Source: Promethearchaeota archaeon Loki_b31 (GTDB taxonomy: Archaea > Asgardarchaeota > Lokiarchaeia > Sigyniarchaeales > SOKP01). Taken from it: a stretch of 28,175 nt of DNA. Shown here in pieces: positions 8,148 to 16,743 of the stretch. The translations under genes were made by a program, and so were the position numbers. The notes below the pieces were generated by a model, which ran no database searches, had not been told where the DNA came from, and worked only from the letters and a program-made list of their open reading frames with translations. How positions within the stretch are numbered: the stretch's first letter is position 1; each line of letters opens with the position of its first letter. Location: positions 1 to 28,175 of the forward strand of contig NJBI01000046.1 of the NCBI GenBank assembly GCA_005222975.1, read 5' to 3'.

Positions 8148-8885
8148 ATGGAAAAAGATTCAGAACATTATGGAGATAAGTTCCAACAAAAATCTAAATA
8201 TGTTAGAAACAGAATGCCCCAACATATTTTAGATTGGTCGAGAAAGCCGAAAACATATAAAACATATCCGAACGCAATAAAACAAATCGAGCTTCCAAAG
8301 CCTGATTTTGAGAAAACGATTGATTTTTGGAGTGTAATCAAAAATCGGCACTCAACCAGAAAATTCGCTAAAGAACCATTATCATTAATGGATCTCAGTT
8401 TACTTTTGTTTGGAATGTCGGGGTTAAACAGGATTTTTCCTCAGTATGCTTTTAGAACAGTACCTTCTGCGGGTGGATTGTATCCCATCGAAATCTACCC
8501 TGTAGTTAATAATGTTATCAGTTTAGAAAAAGGAGTCTACCATTATAACATTCAAGAACATTCACTAGATTTATTAAAAGAAGGAGATTTTCGAAATAAA
8601 GTAACAGAAGGATGTCTTGGTCAAAATATGACTTTTACTTCAGCTGTAAATTTTATTTGGACGGCCATGATTAGCCGCTCTCAATGGAAGTATTTACAGA
8701 GGTGTTATAGATATATATACTTAGATGCAGGGCACATTGGACAGAATTTTTACCTGATTGCTGAAGCGCTTGGTTTGGGCGCTTGTACGATTGGTGCTCT
8801 ATACGATGATGAATTAAACCATTTACTTGAAATTGACGGAACTAACGAAACCACAATATATGTTGGCGTAGTAGGAAAAATATAA
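8148..8885 (+). CDS. SagB/ThcOx-type nitroreductase-family flavoprotein
   Basis: NRHSTRKF, RTVPSAGGLYPIEIY, KY..R.YRYIYLDAGHIGQNFYL.AEALGLGACTIGA. Confidence 0.92.
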   Translation: MEKDSEHYGDKFQQKSKYVRNRMPQHILDWSRKPKTYKTYPNAIKQIELPKPDFEKTIDFWSVIKNRHSTRKFAKEPLSLMDLSLLLFGMSGLNRIFPQYAFRTVPSAGGLYPIEIYPVVNNVISLEKGVYHYNIQEHSLDLLKEGDFRNKVTEGCLGQNMTFTSAVNFIWTAMISRSQWKYLQRCYRYIYLDAGHIGQNFYLIAEALGLGACTIGALYDDELNHLLEIDGTNETTIYVGVVGKI

Positions 8886-9112
8886 AAAAAATTTTAGATA
8901 ATGAAAAGCGAGTTATACATTAATTTTAATTTTTGCCTATCTTATCTTTTTAGAAAAAGATTTTTAATTATATGTTTTATCAATTATTTAGAGTTTTTTC
9001 GTAATATCCATCTCGTAAGAAAATCATTTAAATAGAATTGAATTATTAATATTTAATATTATATTAATAGAATGATGATTTCACTAAATTATATATTAAA
9101 GGGTATAAATTT

Positions 9113-10462
9113 ATGAATGAAACTAGCAAGTTTTCAAAGATAATAGATAAATTAAGCAAATTATTTCATAAAATATTCGAACCAAGTCACATTTTTTATA
9201 CAATTACATTTTTTATTGTAGTTATAATGATATCTTTACTTGGTTTTAATGCAAATCTAATTATTGGAAATGTGTTACTATTTATTGCTTCAACTTTCTC
9301 ATTAACATTTATATTTTTAGCGATTTTTGGAGTAGTTCCAAATATGAAATCTTTTTTATTTTCACCCGATAAAAAATTTGATCGAAAGAAGATTTTTAGT
9401 TTAATAATCGCATTTGGAATTAGCACGGTTATTATTGCATTGTACTTTATTTTTACTTCTCTTCCTGAATTCCCGATTCAATTCTTAAGATGGGATTACA
9501 TTCTTCCATATTTGTTTGTTGGTATATATTTTGGTTGGAATGTTATTCAAATCTATTTTATTAAGGCAGGATTTGAACAATATTCTATAAAAGTTGACAA
9601 TTGGATATTAAAAGATAAAGAAGACTTTAAACAGAATCAATTCTTAAGTTCAATATTTCTGATTTTAGCTTTAGCAGTGCCTGTATTAATCCAAATAGGC
9701 ACATATTTTGGATTTATTGATTATTTCGAGGCTAATCCTGGTGATCCTTTTGATCCATTGTTATGGTTTAATGGTTGGAATATTGTTATGTTTGTAGTTA
9801 TTGTTATTATATCTTGGCGTTTAATTACTATATATATTAAAAGCCAAAGAAATGAAACTCCAAATGTATTTTCCTCAATATTTTACATTTTAATTTGGAT
9901 TATTATTTGGTATAGATCATTTAGTTTTATAAATTCGTTTAGAAGTGTAACTCAAGCTGGAGGAATTGATTTTTTCAGAATATTAATGGATATTCTTTTA
10001 ATGATCTTTACTTCGATCATGGTTTTAAAGGGATTAGGAACAAAAGTTACTAGGTTTAGAATTTTAAATGAGGACAATTTAGCTTTTGTACTTTTTGCTT
10101 TTACCATTTTATATATTGAAGGCCAAATTGTCATGATAACTGGAGCTGGTGCATTAACAGGATCTTATACTGATAGAAATCAGATAAGTATGCTAAACAA
10201 CTTTTTGATTTTAATAGTGACTATAAGCTTTTACTGGTGGTATTCTGAATACACATTAGAAAGAAAAGGTCTAATTCTTAGGAAAGCCTTTAAACCAGAG
10301 GAAGTTATCGTAGTTGTTAGAGATTTTAAACAATATTTAATTAATAGTGGTGCTCTTGATTCGAATAGAATAAGTGATAGGGAATTCCAGTATTTTTTAC
10401 AACAAAAGAAATTAAAGATAAAGGAATCGGATAAGCCTGAATTAGAGAAAGTTGACGAATAA
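9113..10462 (+). CDS. Polytopic membrane protein, unknown function (about 10 TM)
   Basis: 449-aa ORF with about ten hydrophobic segments and a charged C-terminal tail; no recognisable motif. Confidence 0.8.
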   Translation: MNETSKFSKIIDKLSKLFHKIFEPSHIFYTITFFIVVIMISLLGFNANLIIGNVLLFIASTFSLTFIFLAIFGVVPNMKSFLFSPDKKFDRKKIFSLIIAFGISTVIIALYFIFTSLPEFPIQFLRWDYILPYLFVGIYFGWNVIQIYFIKAGFEQYSIKVDNWILKDKEDFKQNQFLSSIFLILALAVPVLIQIGTYFGFIDYFEANPGDPFDPLLWFNGWNIVMFVVIVIISWRLITIYIKSQRNETPNVFSSIFYILIWIIIWYRSFSFINSFRSVTQAGGIDFFRILMDILLMIFTSIMVLKGLGTKVTRFRILNEDNLAFVLFAFTILYIEGQIVMITGAGALTGSYTDRNQISMLNNFLILIVTISFYWWYSEYTLERKGLILRKAFKPEEVIVVVRDFKQYLINSGALDSNRISDREFQYFLQQKKLKIKESDKPELEKVDE

Positions 10463-10513
10463 AAAGTTAGAATATAGGTAAATTTTTAAAGAAAGTTAAG
10501 TTTAAGAAACTTT

Positions 10514-11248
10514 ATGGAAGACATCGAAAATATTTTACTAAAGATTCAAGATAATACGAATCCGCAGGAAATTAACGACATTTTAATTGAACTAAGCAAG
10601 AACTCGAACGAAAAAACTTTAGTTATAGTAGATTATTTTTTAGATTCGTTGAATGCAACAATCTTAAATAAGATAAAATTGAATTTGATTTTTCTCCTAG
10701 GTGCAATTGGGAGCGTAACAGTCTTAAACAGAAAATATTTGAATTTTTTGGTCGAAAGCTATTTTAACTCAGACAGATGGGTAAGAAACGAAATTATTCA
10801 ATCTTTTCTCGTTATTTTGCAAAACCACGAATACAACAATGAGATTTATCAAATAATAGAACACGCGTTAAATGAAGATTACGCGCCTATAAAAAAGAGC
10901 GCCTTAAGCGTTTTAATGATATTAAAGGAGCTTCCCGAAAAAGTTTTATTAACTCTCTTAAGGGTTTTAAATACAAACAACGAAGAAATTGTTGAAATGG
11001 GATTGAAGGTATTGAAAAGAGATGTTCAAACAGGGGATGAATTATTTGAATTGTTAAACATCTCAAAAGGTTATACAATTTTAAACAAATCCATAGTTAG
11101 AGTTTTAATTTTAGAGTATTTTGATTCAATAAGTGAATTAGAATTGTTTATAGAAAAAATTGATTCCTCGAAATGGGAAGAAGAATACAAAATATTATGT
11201 AATACCGAAATTAACTCGTTTCAAAGAATTTTAAAGAAAAATGCATAA
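10514..11248 (+). CDS. HEAT/ARM-like alpha-solenoid protein
   Basis: Repeats such as YFNSDRWVRNEIIQS, ALNEDYAPIKKSALSVL and VLNTNNEEIVEMGLKVL. Confidence 0.65.
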   Translation: MEDIENILLKIQDNTNPQEINDILIELSKNSNEKTLVIVDYFLDSLNATILNKIKLNLIFLLGAIGSVTVLNRKYLNFLVESYFNSDRWVRNEIIQSFLVILQNHEYNNEIYQIIEHALNEDYAPIKKSALSVLMILKELPEKVLLTLLRVLNTNNEEIVEMGLKVLKRDVQTGDELFELLNISKGYTILNKSIVRVLILEYFDSISELELFIEKIDSSKWEEEYKILCNTEINSFQRILKKNA

Positions 11249-11268
11249 GATTTGTTAATTAAATTAAT

Positions 11269-12489
11269 TTATTCGTAGTTTTCTAATACGATTTCCAGTT
11301 TTTCGTTTGAATAAATTATCTCGTTAAAAATTTTGATTAAAGCCTTAATAATTTCTCTCGGGTTTCCCTTGGTATTTTCAAATATGTTTCTCAAGATTCT
11401 TTTATTTAATGGAAAATATGGATTTTGAAAAGCGTTAATAAAATCACTAATCCCCATATTCTCGTAAAAACATCTCATACTTTCTTTATAGAATTCAAAT
11501 ATATCTTCCTCGTTAAAATCCAAAAGAAAGAGAGCTTCCTTTATTGAAAACAAAAGCTCCGCGTTCTGTTCTTGATATTTTTTTTTTATTTCTTCTAAAG
11601 AATCGATAGATTTCAAAGTTATAATTATGCTTAAACCCTCTATTTGCTGTATCTGAACGATTTTATTAAATATTTTTTCAGCAGCAATATCGTCTGGCGA
11701 CTTTTCAGGTCCGTACAACCAACTAGGATCATAGATTTCTTCAGCGGATTCGTCTTTTGGTTCCGTTATGGAAATTATTTTTTCAAAATCGTCAATAAAC
11801 AAGATCGTTCCTGATTTAGAATTTTCAATCAATAACCTTAACATCATAAGTGCATTTTTACCTTTTCGAAGATCGTGCGATATTTTTAAGCTTGAAAGTT
11901 CCTTTGCATCCATGAGTTCCCCTAATAACCATCTTTCAGCTTCAATCTTTTTGTAGGGATCTAATTGATGAGCCACAATTCCAGATATTATGTCAGTTAA
12001 GATTTCCGTTTCCATTTCGCTATATTTATTTGATAACAGTTTAAACGCAAAATTTTTTATTTTTTCAAGATCTGCTACATGGAAAAAACCAAATTTCCTT
12101 TCTAACGCGCCCCATTCGTCACATAATCGATTAATAATGAATTTTAAAGGAGCTAATTCTAAGTTTTCGATAAATTCAGAATAGATATTATAAAAAAACT
12201 TTTTATAAATATATTCTAAAGAAATATAAAAAGTATTATAACGATAAAGAGAATTCTTTAGAGTCCAATAAAGGTGCGTCTTTCCCCTCCCTACATCTCC
12301 TATGATAGGAAGGATAAAGTTTTTGTCTTCTTTGACAATTTGTTCAATTGTTTTAATTAAATTTTCTCTAGATTTAGCCAGCCCTAACTCTTCCCTAATT
12401 TCACCAGTACTAACAAATTTTTTGAAAGGATTATTTCCCCATTTTAGCACACGGATTAATTTTTTCCTTTTATTTTCGTAGAGAATCAT
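11269..12489 (-). CDS. P-loop ATPase (AAA+/BrxD-DUF2791-like)
   Basis: N-terminal NPF, Walker A GDVGRGKT, RWLLGE, Walker B ILFIDDFE and C-terminal GNPREII. ATG at 12489 avoids overlap with the upstream gene (track start 12546). Confidence 0.8.
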   Translation of the reverse strand: MILYENKRKKLIRVLKWGNNPFKKFVSTGEIREELGLAKSRENLIKTIEQIVKEDKNFILPIIGDVGRGKTHLYWTLKNSLYRYNTFYISLEYIYKKFFYNIYSEFIENLELAPLKFIINRLCDEWGALERKFGFFHVADLEKIKNFAFKLLSNKYSEMETEILTDIISGIVAHQLDPYKKIEAERWLLGELMDAKELSSLKISHDLRKGKNALMMLRLLIENSKSGTILFIDDFEKIISITEPKDESAEEIYDPSWLYGPEKSPDDIAAEKIFNKIVQIQQIEGLSIIITLKSIDSLEEIKKKYQEQNAELLFSIKEALFLLDFNEEDIFEFYKESMRCFYENMGISDFINAFQNPYFPLNKRILRNIFENTKGNPREIIKALIKIFNEIIYSNEKLEIVLENYE

Positions 12490-12506
12490 GTTGCATAAAT
12501 TTATTT

Positions 12507-13145
12507 TTATAGTTTTAACTCTTCTATGCCTAAAATTATTATCCATTTGACATTTGTTAGCGATTTCTTCGTAGTTGTGATTGGTTCGTAGGAAACTGAT
12601 AAATTATTATTTTCATCTCTTCCAACTATTAAGCAATCATAGAATACGGGATCACTTCTCTCATCAATTACTACTCTATCTGCCAATAAGATTCCATTTC
12701 CTACAAAAGCAACGGGGTTTCTAAGCATCTCCTCTTTAAAGAAATCTAAATGATTAATTCCATATTCATAATCGTCTAAATAAAGAGTTGCTGTATTAAG
12801 TTTATTTAAGGTATAGGGAAATGCGTCAGAGAATTGACCCTCATCGTAGACTTGCATAACATCCTCAGGAATAAGTATAGAGTATTCGATTGACGAGGTA
12901 TCTTTGATGTTAAGTTCATCTATTTTTCGAGAGAAAGCGGACATTTTGTTGTAAATCAATTCGAATCCCACTTTAAATCCGTTGGATATAAAAATCCCTT
13001 CTGAGTTAGATATTTTTAAATTATCAGAAAAAATAATAGAATCCTTATCGTCGTTGCATCGAGTAATTATAGACCCTATGAATTCTCCTTCTTTCTTTAT
13101 TCCCTTTACTGAATCGTATAAAATATTGCCGTTAACATCGCTCAT
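12507..13145 (-). CDS. Hypothetical protein
   Basis: 212-aa acidic ORF co-oriented with the ATPase; no recognisable motif. Confidence 0.7.
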   Translation of the reverse strand: MSDVNGNILYDSVKGIKKEGEFIGSIITRCNDDKDSIIFSDNLKISNSEGIFISNGFKVGFELIYNKMSAFSRKIDELNIKDTSSIEYSILIPEDVMQVYDEGQFSDAFPYTLNKLNTATLYLDDYEYGINHLDFFKEEMLRNPVAFVGNGILLADRVVIDERSDPVFYDCLIVGRDENNNLSVSYEPITTTKKSLTNVKWIIILGIEELKL

Positions 13146-13231
13146 AATTATGCTTAAATTAAAATCTCTTTTTCCAAATATCTAACCAAACGATCGTATA
13201 TATATATAATAATACTTAATTATTAAGTAGA

Positions 13232-14482
13232 ATGGGTTCAATGAGGATATCCAACAAAATTTCTGAATTGTCTAAATTAGATTTGCTTAAAAGAGCAAAA
13301 GAACACATTTTTTCGACCGGGTTAAACGACGGTGCTTCGAAATTATGTAAAGCAAACATGAAATATGGTTTAGCGCAATTTCAAGTTATTCAAGAGAAAC
13401 ATGGATTTGAACCTAAAGCTACATTTATTTCGTCTCCAGACGAAACTATCTCAAGAAACAACTTCCGTTGGAATTCGGGGTTAGGATACGGTGGGAGACT
13501 AAATTGGGGGGATGGTAACGACAAGATAATTTTTCTAAATGTAAAACCAAATTGTTGTGGGATACTAGTTGGAGGATTAGAAGAAATACCAAATCCTTAC
13601 GATCTCATAAAAAAGATAGATAAAGTAAAGAGCATGGAGTTATACGATAATGATGTTTTAATAAATTGGGATTATGGTGTATCTAATCACTTTATAAATT
13701 GTTTTGAAACTAAAATTCTTTCAGACATTGATTTTCCACCTTATATGTTCATGATTCACGGTTCAGCACCTGAATTTCGCGACGATAAATATGGGATAGG
13801 TTTATATATCGATATTGCAAAAACATTAAAGGAACGTGCTATTGAGGAACAAACAAAATTAGGAAAGCAATATATATTGTTAGATTCCGACGCGAAAGAA
13901 TATCTTGATTTTAACAAAAAAGCAATTAACTTTTCGAACAAAAAGCGAGAAATCATTGCAAACGAGTTATTCAGTACCGGTACCGATTGTGAGATAATAT
14001 GCAATACTTCTCACCAATTTTTAAAAGATTATAACAACATGTACTTAGGAAGTAATTGTACTGATGCAGATTGTGACCTTGTTCCGACTAATATTTTTCC
14101 TACAGCATTAAGAGCTGATGTAGCGTGCTATCTATTTAAAGGAAAAAAGAGCTTTTCAGAAATAACTTTAAAGAATAACAATTTTTTAGAAAGAGCAGAA
14201 AATCTAGAGCTATTAGATCTTCTATCGAATGCTGACATATTGCCCCACGGTGGGGGGTACATGTTGCCCGATGTTAGCCGCGTACAAAAAGTTTTAGAGT
14301 ATAAAGACCAAAGATATTTTGCTTGCGAATTAGTAAAAGATAGTAACAAATTAAAAATCGTTCGAAATGTTAAGGAATTACAATTCGAATATAGAGGGCG
14401 AGATGTAATTCTAAAAACGCTTCAATTGGACCTTGGAGAAATAATAGCTCGATTAAACCCTGTATTCTCTTTAAAATTATAA
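13232..14482 (+). CDS. Divergent RtcB-like (3'-phosphate/5'-OH ligase fold) protein
   Basis: Motifs in RtcB order: SPD..GLGYGG, KPNCCG, GVSNHFI, MIHGS, SHQ, PHGGG, EYRG and C-terminal LNPVFSLK. Confidence 0.75.
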   Translation: MGSMRISNKISELSKLDLLKRAKEHIFSTGLNDGASKLCKANMKYGLAQFQVIQEKHGFEPKATFISSPDETISRNNFRWNSGLGYGGRLNWGDGNDKIIFLNVKPNCCGILVGGLEEIPNPYDLIKKIDKVKSMELYDNDVLINWDYGVSNHFINCFETKILSDIDFPPYMFMIHGSAPEFRDDKYGIGLYIDIAKTLKERAIEEQTKLGKQYILLDSDAKEYLDFNKKAINFSNKKREIIANELFSTGTDCEIICNTSHQFLKDYNNMYLGSNCTDADCDLVPTNIFPTALRADVACYLFKGKKSFSEITLKNNNFLERAENLELLDLLSNADILPHGGGYMLPDVSRVQKVLEYKDQRYFACELVKDSNKLKIVRNVKELQFEYRGRDVILKTLQLDLGEIIARLNPVFSLKL

Positions 14483-14483
14483 C

Positions 14484-16532
14484 TTATTCTATTTTAGCTC
14501 CAGGGGGAATGTCTTTATCAAGCGTTAGAACAGAAACGACATCTCCATCAACCGCAGCAAGAAGCATCCCTTCGCTTAAAATTCCTCTCAGCTTTCTCGG
14601 TTCTAAATTAGCTAGTATTACTACTTTTTTCCCTTTTAATTCATCTACTTTGTAATGTTCTGCTAAACCTGCTACTAAAGTTCTTTTTTCAGTTCCTAAG
14701 GTAATAGATAATTTGTATAATTTTTCTGCTTTAGGAACTTTTTCGACACTCTCTACAAATGCCACTCTAATATCTAACTTTTTAAAATCATCATATGAAA
14801 CCAATTCTTTCCCACCTACCTTTGATTTTTGTTCTTTTAATTTCTGAAGTTTATCCTCAATTTCTTGAACATCTAGTTTTTGAAAAAGAGGTTCAGGTTT
14901 TTTTATTTTTAGCCCTTCTTTTACTGAGTTTTCGTTTATGCTATCCCATTTTAAATCTTTTGAACTGGGAACATTTAAGTACGACAAAATCTTTTCTGAT
15001 GTTCCCGGAATAAATGGACTCAATAAAATACCAAACGCGTAAACTGCTTGAACGCATATATTGAACACATTCCCAGCAGCTTCTTTATCTTTCTTGATCA
15101 AATGCCACGGGGCTTTATTGTTAAGATATATGTTCCCTTCTTTTCCAAAATTAACAATATCTCTTAGAGCTTTTCTTAACTTGAAGACTTTAATACTTTC
15201 TCCAATTTCATAACTAATGCTATTTATGCGCTCGATAAATTTTTTGTCAACTTCGTCGAATTCTAATTTGTGAGGTACAGTTCCATTAAATTGTTTATCG
15301 ATAAAAGTTAAAGTTCTATGAATGAAATTTCCGATGTTGTCGTTTAATGTTTTAATGTTGTTTTCAAATTCAGACCATAGGAACGAAGTATCACTAGTTT
15401 CTGGGCGATTATAGACTAAGGTAAATCGCCAGTAATCAAGTGGAGCAACTTCTAATGCCTCATCGATCCATATTCCTATTCCTCTCGATTTAGAAAACTT
15501 CTCGTTTTCAAACATTAACCATTCTGTAGAAGAAACATTGTAAGGGAGTATTAATTTCTCTCCATTGCTTTTATCCTTGTTATAGGATAATAACAAAATC
15601 GGAAATATAATCAAATGAAATATTATATTGTCTTTCCCAATAAAAAAGACTGTTTTAGTGTCTGGATCTTTCCAAAAATAATCAAATTTTTTTGGATCTT
15701 TAATAATTTTTTCTGCCCATTCTTTTACGGCGGAAATATAGCCCAAGACGGCTTCAAACCAAACATAAATAGTTTTTTCTTCAGCTCCTTTAAAAGGGGC
15801 TGGAATTCCCCACTCCAAGTCTCTAGTAACGGCTCTTTGTGGAATGCCTTCTGAGATACTATTCAAACACATTTGTCGAGCATTCTGTGGAATTAGTTGA
15901 TTTTGTTTTATAAAACCATCCAACTGATCTTGTAATTTGGGCAAATCCAAATACCAATGCTTCGTTTTACGGAGCACAGGCGGATTATCGCAAATCACAC
16001 AGTGAGCTCTTTTTAACTCTAAGGGTGTTAGTAATTTTTGGCATTTATCACATTGATCTCCCCTCGCACTTTCAGCTTCACAGTGTGGGCAAATTCCTTC
16101 AACAAATCTATCTGGAAGAAATAATTTATCGTACTCACAATACAGCGATTCTATTTCCTTTTCAAAAATGTATCCATTTTTCTGAATATCCATATAGAAA
16201 TTTCTTACAAACTCAATGTGTGTCGGATTATGAGTAATAGTGTAATTATCATATGAGATTTGCCATTTTTTAAATAATTCTTTAATTATGGTATGATTTT
16301 TCAAGGCTAATTCCTGAGCTGACACATTTTGTTTTTTAGCTGCAACCGCGACGGGCGTTCCATGTGAATCCGACCCCGAAACAAATACAACTTCATCTCC
16401 TTTTAACCTACAAAATCTTGCAAATATATCGGACGATAATACGCTTCCAATCATGTTTCCTAAATGAGGTATGCTATTTACATAAGGCCAAGCTGAAGTA
16501 ATTACCCATTTATTTTTTTCAATATTGGACAA
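14484..16532 (-). CDS. metG: Methionine--tRNA ligase with C-terminal tRNA-binding (Trbp111-like) domain
   Basis: TSAWPYVN..PHLGN (HIGH), GSDSHG, Zn knuckles, YVWFEA, GKDNI.FH, KFSKS (KMSKS), C-terminal NLEPRKLRGILSEGMLLAA. TTG start with GGAGGT SD upstream. Confidence 0.98.
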   Translation of the reverse strand: MSNIEKNKWVITSAWPYVNSIPHLGNMIGSVLSSDIFARFCRLKGDEVVFVSGSDSHGTPVAVAAKKQNVSAQELALKNHTIIKELFKKWQISYDNYTITHNPTHIEFVRNFYMDIQKNGYIFEKEIESLYCEYDKLFLPDRFVEGICPHCEAESARGDQCDKCQKLLTPLELKRAHCVICDNPPVLRKTKHWYLDLPKLQDQLDGFIKQNQLIPQNARQMCLNSISEGIPQRAVTRDLEWGIPAPFKGAEEKTIYVWFEAVLGYISAVKEWAEKIIKDPKKFDYFWKDPDTKTVFFIGKDNIIFHLIIFPILLLSYNKDKSNGEKLILPYNVSSTEWLMFENEKFSKSRGIGIWIDEALEVAPLDYWRFTLVYNRPETSDTSFLWSEFENNIKTLNDNIGNFIHRTLTFIDKQFNGTVPHKLEFDEVDKKFIERINSISYEIGESIKVFKLRKALRDIVNFGKEGNIYLNNKAPWHLIKKDKEAAGNVFNICVQAVYAFGILLSPFIPGTSEKILSYLNVPSSKDLKWDSINENSVKEGLKIKKPEPLFQKLDVQEIEDKLQKLKEQKSKVGGKELVSYDDFKKLDIRVAFVESVEKVPKAEKLYKLSITLGTEKRTLVAGLAEHYKVDELKGKKVVILANLEPRKLRGILSEGMLLAAVDGDVVSVLTLDKDIPPGAKIE

Positions 16533-16743
16533 TTCGTATTACCTCCTAATTTATAGTTAGGCTATTGTTATTTATCGATTGTAATTGTTATAATTATAAT
16601 TAATTAAACTAATAATGATTGTTAAAGTAATTTACACTCTTATTTCAACTTTATGAGATTGATAGTAAAAAACTGAACGATTCTTGTTCTCATAATATAT
16701 TTTAAATAGCTTAGATATAAACTCAATTTAAAGTTTTTTTCTT

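Noticed and set aside
8148-8885. SagB/ThcOx dehydrogenase (and neighbouring GNAT) as tailoring enzymes of the rSAM peptide cluster
   Set aside because: Opposite strand, more than 4 kb away, and no YcaO cyclodehydratase in the window. Stand-alone SagB-like nitroreductases are common in archaea.
10463-11248. Apparent rise in CpG frequency from about 10.5 kb, suggesting a compositional boundary
   Set aside because: Only an impression by eye. It is explicable by gene-to-gene variation and cannot be supported without computing dinucleotide profiles.
11269-13145. BREX defence system
   Set aside because: Only a BrxD-like ATPase is present; no pglZ, pglX or brxC is recognisable.
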